DNA of 64,000 bases from Felis catus (Eukaryota), in the NCBI RefSeq assembly GCF_018350175.1, contig NC_058368.1:158226001-158290000 (forward strand), written 5' to 3'. Position 1 is the first letter of the stretch. Each line of letters begins with the position of its first letter. Positions 13,400 through 26,949 of this stretch are shown here, one piece after another. The notes under the pieces were generated by a model. That model was given only the letters and a program-made list of their open reading frames with translations, searched no databases and was not told where the DNA came from. Made by a program: the position numbers and the translations under genes.

Positions 13400-14730
13400 T
13401 TATTCATCATTCTTTCTTGGATTTGTTAAGCTTCATGGATTGGTGGGTTCATCACATTTGGAAATGATTTGGTCATTATCTCTTCATATATTTTGGTTTG
13501 TCTCCATCTCTCTTCTCTTCTTTGGAGGCTGCAGTTATACACATATTAGCTGCTTGAAGTTGTCCCACAGCTCACTGATCCTCTCTTCCCTAGCCTCTAG
13601 TCTTCACTCACTGTTTCGTTTTGGGTAGTTTCTATTGCTATGTGTCCATGTTCACTAATTGTTTCTTTTGTGATATCTCATCAGTTCTTAATCCCGGTAT
13701 ATTTTTCATTTCAGACATTGTATTTTATATCTTTAGAAGTTTGATTTGGGCGGCTTTTAAGAAAATACTTTTCATGTCTCTCCTTAACTTACTTTTAAAA
13801 AGCTTTTTATTTTGAAATAGATTCTCAGGAAGTTGTGAAGATGATAGTATGAGAGAGAGGTCCCCTGTACCCTTCATACAGTTTTCCCACTGGTTACATC
13901 TTACATAATCATAGTATAATATCAAAAGTAGGAAATTGACATTGGAACATGTGTATATAAGTTCTATACCACTTTATTACATGTATGGATTTGGGTAGCC
14001 AGCACTGCAATCAAGATACTATGCTTTTTGAACATTATATTTTCCTACCCATGGAAAATAAAGTTGTATTTTTCTGCTTCTATGCATGCCGTGTAATTTT
14101 TTATCAGATGCCAAATAGATGTGAATTTCATCCTGTTGGGTGCTTGTTTGTTGAGCTGTGTTCTGGGACACAGTTCAGTTACCTGGAAATAACTTAAGGT
14201 TTGCTTTTAAGCTGTTTGGCTGGCCCAGAGCAGCCTTTAGAAGAGGACTAATTTATCCTTCTGCAGACTCTGCCAATGATTCTGACTGCTGGGGACATAC
14301 TCTATTCCTGGTCTGTGCGAGCCCTGGGGATTATACCTCTGCTCCTTCTGGGTGTTCTTTACCCAGACTTCAGGTTTCCACATGGCATGCACGTGCATGC
14401 AGATCTCTGGGGCTCTCTCTTGCAGCTCTCTTTCTGGTGCTCTCCCTGTGAACCTCTTGAGCCCCCTTGGTCTGTGGAGCTCCCAGTTCTATCTCCTGAA
14501 TCCATAGAGACTGATGGTTTCTGCCTAGGTTCCTTTTCCACGTTCCACATTCCACGTTCCACGTTCAGGCAGCCTGGGAACTCTCCAGACAGAAAGCTGG
14601 AACAGCCCTAGGGCTCGCCTCTCTTGTTTCCCATACAGGGAACATCATGCTGCCTGGTGTCCAGAGTCTGAGGACCACTGTTTCATTTAATTCTCTGGCA
14701 GTTTTTTAGTTGTTCAAAGTAGGAACACTC
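13400..14730 (-). mobile_element. Old L1 fragments, with an L1MB-like 3' end inserted at about 13795-14020
   Basis: T-rich degenerate L1-like sequence; ttttattttgaaata...cccctgtacccttca...tatcaaaa..aggaaattgacattgg resembles L1MB 3' ends. Boundaries approximate. Confidence 0.55.
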
Positions 14731-16929
14731 CTCACCTTGGAATCTAAATTTCCTTACATTTTTTAATCTAAATTTCCTTATGTACAAACTTCATAAATAT
14801 AAAAGGGAGACAAACTTATACTTGAAAGGAGGTGTGGCCCAACTTACAAACTGAAATTCCTTCATTTACTGGAAAGGTGTGTTTGTTTTGTTTTTGTTTG
14901 TTTTGTTTTTAAGAAGGAGGCTTTTTAGCATTAGCCCCGTTAAGTAGTCCTGGGCTCCTCTTAGCCAGCATTTACTGAGTAATCTTGGTATGCCTGCCTG
15001 GGGGCTAGATGCATCACATTTATACTTCCATGTAATCCCCAGAGCTCACCCAGGCCTGGGAATACAATGTGTTCCCACCAGTCAGTCACTGGGTAGAGCT
15101 CTCAGAAGGGTGTCATCTCTGTTTGGAAAAAAAGAAAAATTAGTCCTACTTTGAAGGCTGCTTTTGTCCAACCTAAAAAGCTTAAAAGCAAACCTGAAAA
15201 GGATCAAAGTGTTTCCAAATAACTTAATCGTGTCCATTATTAGAATCATGGCTAGACCTAAGAAAAAACCACTTTTTAACCAATGAAAAAAAATGTTTTT
15301 TTTCTGATTGTATAAGTAATAAAAGCTGACAGAAAATTTGCAGCAGCCACTGAGTTAAAACCAGGTCCAGTGGTATTGCCTTGAGGAGATCAGCCTATTC
15401 CACTGCGACTTGATCAAGAACTTTGAGTCTCTCTAGAGCAGGGATTTGCAACCTGTGGGCCACTCCTCAGACCATTCTTCATCTCCTTTGATTCTCACAA
15501 TCTCCATCTTAGATATGGGTATGGTTATCCTTTTTTTCAGATGAGAAAAATAGTGCTTAGAAATGTTCACGAATTTGTCCACAGTCTCAGCGGGCATTTG
15601 GTGGAGCCAGGATTCTTGCCATACATATCAAAAGATAGAGCCTTTATTCTAGGGAACGTGGCACCTTTCTTTGTGGTCACTAAAGTCTCAGGGCAACATG
15701 AGGCTTCACTCAGGGCCTTTCCTGAGATTTTAGGAGATTGTGACATAACAGCTCTTTGCTTGGCTCTTAGAACTTCATTGTTACTTTGAAAACAGTTTTT
15801 AAGACTTGAGTTCTGATTCATTCAATAAATTTTTTTATTGGGAATTACCACAGACGTACAAAAAAAAAAGGTATGTAATTCATTCTTTTCATACCTTTCT
15901 GCAGCTGCAGATAGAATTGCTCTCATCTGTGTATTCTTCACTGAACTTCTCTGCTCAAGCATGGGATGCCTCTTTTATGGGTCTCATGGCTGGCTGGCAG
16001 ACTTTTGGAGGCAGGAGAGGCTGCTTAAAGTCGGTGTGGATTCATAGTCCATGGAAACAGGGCCTCATGACTGCGTTCGTGACTGCAGGAGAGATCACAC
16101 ACTTTTCTCTGTAAATTCCCCAGACTTGGTGTCCTGGAGTTTGAGTCTAGTGGAGGAAAATAAGGCACGGAGTATCGTACTTCTGTCCCTGTTGATCATT
16201 AGGACTGAGGGCCTGGCATGCTCGACTGCAAGGGGCCAGTGACTCAGCCAGGCCTGTGACCTGACGTTAGGGATGAGGGGCAGTCTCTTCCTGCCAGTTT
16301 CCTTTCTATAAAACTTAAGTTAAACAAAGAAGTGCTCATAATTATTACAAAGGGTGTGATTGGTTGGCAAGGAGAAATCTGCCTGATGGCTTTTAGTCTA
16401 TGGGTTTATAGAAATGAAAAAAAAAATTAACTCAAAATCTGAATTCCTATAGTATTGGCATCCTCATTTAATGTCTTAATCTTTTAAAGACTAGAGCATT
16501 TCTGTATGTTAGGACAAATGCAGAGTCATAGCCAAGTGGGCTTGTTTAGAGAGTTTCTGCTTTGCGTGAGTGGATGGATTCTGTTCTGTCTGAGGGTAGA
16601 TCCTGCCCTGTCACCAGTTAGTGAATATGCAGACCTAACCAGGTGGGAGAGGTGTTCAGGCCAGAGTGTGATTTCTAAGGACCAGTGCTGACGGTAAGGT
16701 AATGAGAAAGTGAGGGTAAAGAAGATACCTGCAAAACTAAGCACAAGGTGAGGTGAAGCCAGAGGACTTTGAGAACTTTTCAGCTGGAGATAAGAGAGGA
16801 CTCAGGAGGGCTAGATGGTTACCAGAGAAGATCAGGAAGCAGGCTGAAGCTGGAAGAAACCGATGATTTCAAACATACCTGACTCTAGGGTCATCCTAAA
16901 TCTCTATCACTTCAGTTTAAGTATCTTCA

Positions 16930-17411
16930 TCCAACATCCTATTTCATCTCATACCAAATATGCCTGTGCCTGCCATTCTTCATTTGCTCTAACTTTTTTC
17001 AGTTTCTCCAACTTGCCAAGCCCATTCCTATCTTAGGGTCTTTGCACATGCTACTCTGTCTACCTAGAATGCCTCCTCTCCCACATCCCTTATTTCCATG
17101 ATTGGGTTATTTGTAGTCACACCTCAATCAAATGTCATTTCTTTGTGTATCCCATCTGGAACAATTCTCAGCCAGTCATTTGCTGTTACATTACCCTATT
17201 TTACTGTGTTTACAGCAGGCATCACTCACTGAAATCATTTTGTTTTTTGTTGACTTATTTAGAGTCTGATTGCTCCTACTGGAATGTAAGCACTATGAGA
17301 GCAGGAGTTTTTTTTTCTGCTTAATTGGTCATTACATCTCCACTGCTTAGAATAGGACCAGGCTCATAGCCAGGGTTCAGTAAATGCCTGTCCAATGAGT
17401 GAATGAATGAA
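16930..17411 (+). mobile_element. L2 3' fragment
   Basis: agggtctttgcacatgct...cctagaatgc, gaatgtaagc...tgagagcagg and terminal gaatgaatgaa. Confidence 0.7.
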
Positions 17412-18730
17412 GGGATGCGTGAAGTCAGACACAATTGAACAAAGACTGCCAAGACTTATATACAGCCCAAAACATCTGTAATTAAATGTTGGTTACTAAC
17501 CTGAGAATGAGGAGTCTGATCTGGTTTATGTGTACATTTCTAAGCTTTTGTATTGTGTTTTAAGAAACTAATATAAGGGCTTAATAAATATTAGATTTAG
17601 TCCTTTGTAGATTAGGTTATATAGGGTCAGAAGGTAAGGCAAGCTTTGGAGTGACAGGTCCTACCCACAGGAAAGCCAAGAGATCCTCATTTGAGTTAAA
17701 AGTTATTGAATTTAAGAAATGAAAATAAAAAGTAATCTTGAGTTCATATGAAGGGAAAACAAAAATCAGCAAATATATCAAGTTTAAATAGTTATTTTTT
17801 TTAACTTAATAGTTTTATAACTCAGCCAAAAACCAAGTTTTTTTTAATTCGCTTGGGCAAATTCTCGCTGACGCATTAAAGTGGAATTCATTTACAGATG
17901 AGGCAGGGTCTGGCATGCATGGATGGGGGCTTTGACTTAGTGGATAGGAGCTGTTGCTAGGGCAGGATTAGAACATGACCTTCCTTGATTATAGTTGAAA
18001 CCAAAGGCTAATAGCTGGAGTGCGGGGCAGCTATGGCCCACAGGACAGTGGCCTGATCTTTCTGGGCTTCAGTCTCCTCACTGGGAAGTGAGGAGGTTGA
18101 AATGAGTAATGGGATTAAAACCAATACCCCATTGCTGTATTCTTGTCTTTATTTCTTAGGTCTGGTACCTTACACTGAATCCATGAATACACTATGGCCA
18201 TCAGAAGCTATTTGTTAATACACTTTATATTTTGAAGAGACTTGCAACCTGGATAAAATTGAGGCCATCCCCTCTTTTCACCATCTCCCATACCACACTC
18301 ACAACACTAGCTCTTTAGCAGCCTCTTTTATTTCTGTCATGTTTGTCTAAGATTCTTTTCTTCCCTTGGCCGATGGTACTGCATGTGTGCTTGGGAGAGA
18401 CTATTTAGTCCGCAGGCCATGCCTGGGAGCCTGGGACTCCTGCAAATGCCTGTGAGGCCCCTCAGATACCATTTCATGAACACAAGTCCACCCTGTTGCC
18501 TCAGTGACTTTCCTGAAGTGCTTGAGTGTGGTCAGCCAGTGGATTCAGAAACATGATACTTTGAGGACAACAAGCTAGGTTTTGACTTTTCTGCTTCCTA
18601 AGGTAATATTTAACCTGCAGGAAGAAGCGGCTTCAGCTCAAGAGTCCGTGACAGGCATTTAAAAAAAAAAAAGTAAGCAGTATGACTCTTGCTAAATGTT
18701 AACAAGTTAAACCACATTGCTTTCAATTAT

Positions 18731-18933
18731 GTATGTATGTATTTACTTATTTATTTTGAGAGAGAGGGAGAGAGAGCAGGGGAAGGGCAAAGAGAGGGAG
18801 AGAGAATCCCAAGCAGGCTTCATGCTGCCAGCACAGAGCCTGATGTGGGGCTTGAACTCACCAACCATGAGACCATGACCTGAAGCAAAATCAAGAGTTG
18901 GATGTTTAACCAACTGAGCCACCCAAGCTCCCC
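18731..18933 (-). mobile_element. CAN-SINE
   Basis: Reverse-complement SINE head and (GA)n body. Confidence 0.9.
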
Positions 18934-19469
18934 TCAATTGTATGTTTTTAAAATTTTTACCATATAGACATACAACTTTTTAATATATTATGTATCAGCA
19001 TTATTGCCCTTCCTATATTCAATGCTTATAGTACATTATTCACATTTTATAGATGTTGGAGGATAATCGATTTGACATTATAAAACTGGATAATTTATAA
19101 GCTTGCCTCTTTGAAATATGGATATTCGTAAGAGATATATCAAGGTCTTGTTGAGAAAGAAGCTGTGTATTTTACCTTTCCTTTTTTCTCCCCTCCATTT
19201 AATGTTCTTTTTCAGTTAAAATAGTATAGTTTTGTAAGAAAATGCAAAAAAGCACAAAGAAGAATATTTTAAAAAATTGCTCTTAACTGCACCATCAGAA
19301 AATAACCTCATATGAACTTCAGTGATCATACTGTACATACTATTTTATAAGCTGACTTTTCTTTATATAAAATATGAATAACGTTTTCATTTAATGAAAT
19401 GTTCTTCTAAACATGATTTTTAATAACTGCATGATATTTCATCCTGTAGCTGTCTATAACAGACTTCTA

Positions 19470-19810
19470 TTGTGGGAGGCAGTACAGATAGGTAAGAGAA
19501 CAGGGTCTGAAGCAGACGTCCTATTTCTGACTAGCTGTGACCATCGCTGAGTTATGTGTTCATCCCATTCCTCAGTCTCCTTACCCACAAAATGAGGATA
19601 AAAATAGGACCAGCATTATACCGTTTCCTGTGAAAATTAAGTAGGTTATGACACATGGTACTTAAAACACTTAGAGCACTTACAGTAATGCTCTAAATAG
19701 ATACTCTTACTGAAGTATTATTACTCTATTTTTATCTATAATTCTATTATTCTAATGGAATAATTGCCTGGCACATGGTAAGTACTCAATAAATATTCAT
19801 TATTATTACC
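19470..19810 (+). mobile_element. MIR / L2-tail fragments
   Basis: ctagctgtgacc...cctcagtctcctt...aaaatgaggataa core, then gcctggcacatggtaagtactcaataaat. Confidence 0.6.
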
Positions 19811-20330
19811 TATATTGCTTTCAGCTTTTTGATCTAATAATACTGTGAATATCTTTGAAGAAAAAAAGGCTTTTGCTTTCTCTTCTTACTTCCCTAAGAT
19901 AAACTTTTAGAAGTAGAATTCTGTCTTTGCGACTTATTGCTAAATCACCCTCTGTAGAGGTTGTGCTAGCATGCACTGTCTATAGTGCTGTAAGAGAGAA
20001 AGCCACCCACTCCACAGCGAGTGAAGTTGTTTCCAGAAGTGCTTCATGGTGGAAATGGCAACTTCCCATGAGGATCTTTGTAGTTCTCCAGAATCATTGA
20101 CTATTGAATAATTGGGATTTATTCAGCTTCCTTTTCCTTTTCAGTGTTTATATAGTCTTCAAAGATGAACAATTTAAAAACATTAAACATGTTTAATTTT
20201 TGTGTGCTTAGTATATTAGTCTGAAGTTTGCTTAAGAAAATATTTGTATTGATATGAAAATTTAACTTGTCTACATTGTTAGGATGGTTTACCCCAGTGA
20301 AACTAAAATATATACTTTCTTATTTTTAAG

Positions 20331-20402
20331 AAAAAAGCAACAAGCCTTGGGAGCAGTCAGCCTTCCAGAACCCATGCTGGTGGAACAGCCCCGGCCACCA
20401 AG
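20331..20402 (+). CDS. CAST: Calpastatin XL-region exon (1z): KKATSLGSSQPSRTHAGGTAPATK
   Basis: Acceptor tatttttaag, donor aag|gtcagt, 72 nt. Matches recalled human KKAASLGSSQSSRTYAGGTASATK. Confidence 0.93.
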
Positions 20403-20744
20403 GTCAGTCATTTCCTGAGCATGAAAAGACTCCTGCTCTACAACAGGTCTATCATTAGTGGGTGGAGTCTGTAGAGAAGGCAAATAGTACTTGTATATCA
20501 TGGTAAGTTTTGAACAAAGTATCGTTTCTATGCTGGGGGTGGGGAGGAGAATGTAATTTCTTAATAATGGTTTGAACAATTTAAAACCTAGTAAAATCAT
20601 TGATTCTACAATTTTTCTTGGCATATAATAAGTGTTCAGTAAATATTCTTATCATAATATCTATAGATAATATTGGACTTTTACACATAATGTAAGTATA
20701 AATATAGCACTTTCACTTCTTCAGAAAATAATTCAGATTCTCTT

Positions 20745-20940
20745 GATGAGCATTAGCCACGCTAGGCTCTCTGCTAAATGCTCTGTGTAAATACCTCATG
20801 TATTCTTTTATTAATGTTGTAATTATTATTCCTTTATACCTGAGGGAGTCAGGGCCCAGAGAGGTTAAGCATCCTTGATAAGATTGCAAAGCCAGTAGGA
20901 TAGAACAAGGGTTCAAACCCAGGTTTCCTGTTCAGACAAG
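20745..20940 (-). mobile_element. MIR fragment
   Basis: attattattcctttatacctgagggagtcagggcccagagaggttaag...gggttcaaacccagg. Confidence 0.6.
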
Positions 20941-21180
20941 GTCCTCGACACTGCTGGACGTCAGAAGCTCTAATGGAGCATTCTTTGGTAATATAGCACT
21001 TGAGAGCTTTGCAACTTATAAAAATCACTGAAACAACACATTTCAAGACAAAAAACTACAATTTTAGTTAGTAGTTTTCAACATTTAAATAGTTTTGTTC
21101 AGCCCATTTCAACTTGTGATCTTCCAGTATGTCTGAGGTCATTAAAAACACTATTTCAGGGCTATCTATACAACTACTTA

Positions 21181-21562
21181 TTTTTTTAAAAAATTATTTT
21201 GAATGTTTATTTTTGAGAGACAGAGAGGGGACACAGAATCAGAAGCAGGCTCCAGGCTCTGAACTGTCAGCACAGAGCCCGATGGCAGGGCTTGAACCCA
21301 CAAACTGCGAGATCATGACCTAGGCCGAAGTAGGACGCGTAACCAACTGAGCCACCCAGCCGCCACTATTCATTTATTTTTAAATGTTTATATATTTATT
21401 TTGAGAGGGAGAGGCAGTGGGAGAGGGAGAGGGAGAAACCCAAGCAGGCTCCATGCTCAGGATGGAGCCTGACACAGGGCTCAATCCCATGACCATGGGA
21501 TCATGACCTAAAGCCTAAATCAAGAGTCAGGCACTCAACCTCCTGAGCCACCCAGGTGCCCC
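21181..21562 (-). mobile_element. Two head-to-tail CAN-SINEs (about 21181-21365 and 21370-21562)
   Basis: Two SINE heads; ta(t/c)acaacta flanks the pair. Confidence 0.85.
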
Positions 21563-22090
21563 TACACAACTATTTTAAATAAGCATTTTTCCTTTAAAAC
21601 TAGTCTCTTTTCTATGGAGGTCTGCATACTTTCTCATATAGGTTACTTGGCTTGGTTAAGAGTTAATGTTTTAAATGCTTTTTGGAGCCCCAGCTGCTCT
21701 CCAGGCCCTTAAAAGGTATCCAAAACAAAATCCAGCTGAGAAATGAGAAGAAGCTGGCCACAGAGTTGAACAGATTCAGGAGTACAGCCTCAGTGCTAAC
21801 TATGGGTAAGAGGACTTCTGCACAGCAAAACAAACCCAAGTTGCCTCTTTACCACTTACTCTTAGCAAGTTTACCTATCTCCAGTGAGCTTCAGTTTCTT
21901 CATGTAAAAATGGGGATAGGACTTCTTTGGACAGATCTGCCAAGAGGCTTCAATGTAATAAAATATTTAAAATACATAGCCCTCAGCCTGGCATTTTGTA
22001 GGTACTGGGGAAAATGTATGTCAGCTGTGACTACTCCTGTTAGCCTCACACTCTTGTTTGAATGTCTAAAACTAAAAAAGATGTGCCACT

Positions 22091-22370
22091 GGCACCTAAG
22101 AAGCTTGGTACGTTAAGCGCCTGACTCTCGATTTTGGCTCAAGTCATGATCTCACCCTCGGTGAGATCAACCACTTTGTTTGGCTGCGAGTTGTGAGTGT
22201 GCAGATTGTCCCTCTCTCTCTGTTTGGGATTCTCTCTCCCTCGGTCTCTGCCCCTCCCCTGCTTGCTCTCACTCTCTCAAAATAAACAAACACTTAAATA
22301 TATATATATATATATATTTAAAAAATATAAAGATATTTATATATATATAAAGATATTTATATATATATAA

Positions 22371-22402
<32 letters not shown>
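22091..22402 (+). mobile_element. Diverged CAN-SINE with (TA)n-expanded tail
   Basis: gttaagcgcctgactctcgattttggctcaagtcatgatctc, CT body, then a TA-rich repeat with aaagatatttatatatatat units. Confidence 0.8.
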
Positions 22403-22403
<1 letters not shown>

Positions 22404-23673
22404 ATTTGCCATATATGTCCTGTCTTTTATAGAATTGCAACCTTTATTTAACTTCTGCTTAAATTATGCCTCCACACATGAGAAGCCTCGGTAGAAAACC
22501 CCACCCCTATGAGATTTGGTGGATCAAATGGAGATGGTTTCTAAAATTTGGGATTATCTAAACTCTTGGTGGGGAGGTGTTTAGTAGATTGTGGAAATGC
22601 ACACCTAGTCACTCATTCAGAATTCTGTAAAAAATTTTGGCATCTGCCCCAAACCCTGCTGTGTCTCAGAAAGTTGAGGGAGGGAGTGTAGCTGGGAGGT
22701 GGAGGCATTTTAGCCACATATTTAGTGTTTATTTAATGTCAAACTTGACATTCTTTCCTTAGCTTCTAAGACATTGTTCTCTTTGTCCTCTCTCCTGTTG
22801 CACTTTCCTGACTTGCTTTGCTTCAGCAGTTTCCTGAATATTAGTTTTCCCCAGAGTTTTATTCTTCACTCCTTTCTTTCTCATATCTTTAACATTTATA
22901 GATTATTGGAAGATTATATATATATATATATATAAATCACTTCTGCTTTGATGCCCAATTGAAAGGGCTTTAACTCAGCCGCATCATCACTTTTTTAAAA
23001 AAAAGGTCATTCCCATGTATCATTTAGAAAAGCTGGCATAATAGCATTTGTGATCACTTGAAGCCTTTTATTATAAATTAATTATAATAACACACACAGG
23101 CAACATAGTATTACCCTGACAGATAAGATGACAAAATAGTAGATATAATTGGCAGGGAGAATTAGTTTTGGTTTTCTTGATTCTTGATATACTGAACTTG
23201 AAAGTTAAAATAAGTGATAATTTCACCATTATAAAGAAAACTTTATAGCCCATCTTGAAAGTTAAATATTTAATCTGAAACTAATCATAAGCTGTGTGAT
23301 CTAGAATGGATACCATGTATTGCAGAATTATTTTACGAGGGTTCTTACAAAATGAGTAATTATGTACACAAATAATATCACTGCCATGCAGTTCTGGGCT
23401 TGGAAGATCCAAAGCACTTAACTGACATAGACCTTTCTAACTCCAAATAATTATTGTAAGAAGTTTAGCACTTAAAATTCGATTTTTGGTAAATTAATAA
23501 TGAGGACTAATGAAGTTGCAGAAATTATTTATGCTCTTAGTAACGCCAGTATGAAAATAGTTGTGATTTGTAATCAGTCATGCAACTATTGCTGGACGAG
23601 TTCTCAGGCAGCATGGATAGTAACCATGTCCTTGTTCAGGTGAAGAAACTTGCTTTAGGAATGTGTCTGCAGT

Positions 23674-23900
23674 AGGATCACCTGGGTGGCTCAGTCGGTT
23701 CAGTGTCTGACTTCCACTCAGGTCATGATCTCGTGGTTCATGAGTATGAGTCCCGATCCAGCTCTGTGCTGACAGCTCAGAGCCTGGAGCCTGCTTTGGA
23801 TTCTGTGTGTGTCTCTCTCCTTCTCTCTCTGCCCCTCCCCTGCTCACACTCTGTCTCTCTCTCAAAAATAAATAAACATTAAAAATTAAAAAAAAAAAAA
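23674..23900 (+). mobile_element. CAN-SINE
   Basis: Head, body and A tail; TSD aggaatgtgtctg. Confidence 0.9.
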
Positions 23901-24526
23901 AGGAATGTGTCTGTAATAGACTACAGCTATTAAGAAGATATATTGGCTGAGGTTATTAGTTCCAACTGGACTCCACTCTATTTCAAACCAAAAAAGGGAT
24001 TTCTTAAGGATTGGCGGGTAGCTCGTAGAGATCCCAAGGACTCCAGCAGAAGGAATCTAAATCTTCACAGCCAAGAACCATGCCCAGGCTCATCTTGGGT
24101 GCTTCCTGTGCCACCACCACAGCTCAGCACCTATTGCATTTAGGACCAGATGCCAGAAACTCTGCCACTGCCAATCTTGAAGACTAATAGGCCTTGTCAT
24201 AGACAGATTTCTTGGTAGGCAGTGGTCTCTTCACATTGTTCACTTCTAGCCTCATTCTTTTATGGCATATGTAATTGACCAGCGTAAGTCATGTGCCTCA
24301 ACTCTGCTACAAGGGACCCTGGGGATGTGAGTGCTCTGGATTCTGCTTTGGGAAGGTGCATATTGGGTAGGTAGGTGGGAAATTTATAAATACGTAGTGA
24401 GGGTTTTCAAAGGTGTGGCCAGCTGCCAACTGACAAACATCTAGTACAGAAAGGAAAACAGGAGAAGTAACTGAACCATGATATGTTGCTCAGCTATATT
24501 AGAGGGAGAAAAAAAAAAACATAAAA

Positions 24527-24710
24527 GGGGCTCCTGGGTGGCTCAGTCAGTTCAGCACCCGACTCTTGTTTTTGGCTCACATCACAATCCCAAGGTTGTG
24601 GGATCGAGCCCTGCATCCAGCTCTACAACTGTGCATGGAGCCTGCTTGGGATATTCTCTCTCTCTGCCCCTCTCCCCTGCTCTCTGTCTCTCTCTCTCTA
24701 AAACAAACAG
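24527..24710 (+). mobile_element. CAN-SINE
   Basis: Head gggggctcctgggtggctcagtcagtt and CT-rich body. Confidence 0.85.
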
Positions 24711-25244
24711 TCAAATGACGATACAAACAACATTTCCTCCAGCTACAGGAGAGATTTGTGAAGGAATAAGCACCCACAAAGCATTCTCTTGTGATTTTCC
24801 TTCTGGTTTTGCCATAAATAGCTGTGTTGGCATTAAATAGTCCTCTTCTCAGCTGCTAATTTTCTCATCCATAAGATTAGTGAGAGGCTGGAAAAACTAT
24901 GTGTATTCTGGCATTCAGTGTCAGCCTCACCCCACAGTACCCTTGGACCATATGTAGTTTGGGAGATGACTCTGTGTGTTAATAAGTAGGCAAACATGTT
25001 TATTTTAATAGTTATGCATGTATTTTAATGTGCTTCAAGATAAACTAGCATTTCAAACTCATGATCCCAAGGATAGTTTTGATTAAGACAGGCTAAAGGT
25101 TAAAAAAGTAAATCTATTTTTTTAAATATTAAGTAAATATAATATAGCCAATTACAAATATTATAGGCAATGCACAAGTAACCATTTGGAAAACAAGATT
25201 CAGAGGAGTGATTGTCATATTGTAATATTCATATTGAATCAGTG

Positions 25245-25580
25245 GGTTTTTTATTGAAATGAGATTCTGATTCAAGAAGTCTGCAGTGAGGCTGAAATTC
25301 TGTTTTTCTAACAAGCTCCTAGTTGCTGCTGCTGCTGGTCTGGCAACCACACTTTGAGTAGCGAGGACGCTGAATTGTTCTGATTGTGGGCAGTTTAGAC
25401 TGCCTGTACCTTAGATTACATAAACATTGCTTGGAGAATCTGGTTTAAATACAGATTCTTAGGTTCCCAGTCAAGAATTCTGATTCAAAGGGGTAGGGTG
25501 AGGCCCAGGATTTTATTTAGTTAATACTTACCCCCAGATGTTTCAGATGCAAAGGATCTGAGGACCACACTGGGAGAAAG
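25245..25580. mobile_element. MER5-like hAT-Charlie DNA transposon fragments (two)
   Basis: gattctgattca...tttctaacaagctcc...gctgctggtctgg..accacactttgagtagc, and a second gattctgattca...gaccacactgggagaa. Confidence 0.7.
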
Positions 25581-26022
25581 GATGAATCTCAGGGATTGGG
25601 GCAGCCAAAGCACATCAGGAAATAATGTCCCTTTTCATTTCTAAGAAAAGGAACCACTTTCTGTACGTATTGTAGTATAAGACTCTCTGAAAAATTTATC
25701 TCATAACATGTAATTACTTATCTGCATTCTTCAGTCGTACAGGATCCCTCACCTCCGTTGAGGGAGATGTGCTAACCCTGGGGCTATGTTACCCAGGATG
25801 CATCCCTTTTGGGGTGTGGCCCAAATAAGTCATCCTGTGCTGTTTTTGTCATAGGAGGAAATGAATGTTAGTGAAACCTAGATGAGCTGAGGTTTCGTTT
25901 AAAAATTTTTTAAAGGAAAGAAATTACTAATAATAAAAAAAGGAATTTTTAAGCTGTATTTTCATTGGGAATAATTTTAAGGACAGGGTCTTCTGTTGAG
26001 GGAATTATAAAATATTAGAGTT

Positions 26023-26239
26023 GGGGGCACCTTGGGTGGCTCAGTCGGTTAAGTGACTGACTCCTGATTTTGGCTCAGGTCATGATCTCACGGTTTGTGA
26101 GTCTTAGCCCCATGTCAATTTTAGTGATGACACTGCAGAGCCTGCCTGCTCAGGATTCTCTCTCTCCCTCCCTCTCTGCTCCTCCCCCCCTTGTTCTCTC
26201 TCTTTCTCTCAAAATAAATAAATAAAATAAAAAAAAAAA
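26023..26239 (+). mobile_element. CAN-SINE
   Basis: Head, body and A tail; tagagttgg on both flanks. Confidence 0.88.
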
Positions 26240-26949
26240 TAGAGTTGGAAGGGTGCTTACTTCACCAGCTTTAGTTAACAGAAGTAAGTGAAAAATGAAA
26301 ATCAATAAGGTGGCTGTGAGGGACACCTTGCAGAGGAAGTCAGGAACCTCACCTGCTCTGGCTTCTTGGTGTGGGTATAAAGCTGTGCAGATGACCTCTC
26401 TGCCTTTTTCATGCCAGCTGGCAGTCACCTCTGCCTTGGCTGGATGCACCGTTGAGTCACTGCTCAGCTGTCAGTATCTAGGCCTGAGGTTTCTGTTCTC
26501 CAACCACTGACCACCCTCTCCTCCTCCAGTCACACCCCAAGTTCAGTGTCCAGAGTCTTTATTGTGACTGATTTGTGACTTTGAGAAAAGTTGGCTTTCC
26601 ATATTTCTTTTAAAATTTCATAACTCTTCTATTAACACCATCATTCGTTCTGTATTTATGACTTGCCATTCTTTTATAATAAAGAGCATTTCCTTTCCAT
26701 TCATTCATTCATTCCATCCATAGTAATACGGACCCATGACTTATTTTATTCATTGGCTTAAAATCCATTTTTCTTATTACTTATTTTGATATTTTTAAGT
26801 ATAATAATGGACGATAATTTAGTAGAATTCTGATTCTGTTACACTGCTTTTTAAAATATCCATTATACTATTTGAAATGTATTACGAATCCCTGGTGATG
26901 GTCATCAGTAATTTGCTTTCTAGTTTAAAAAGAGATATTTGGAGCGTGT

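Noticed and set aside
21682..22116. 144-aa + strand ORF
   Set aside because: Non-ATG start, runs through MIR-like sequence (cttcagtttcttcatgtaaaaatgggga) into a SINE head, and shows no homology I recognise.
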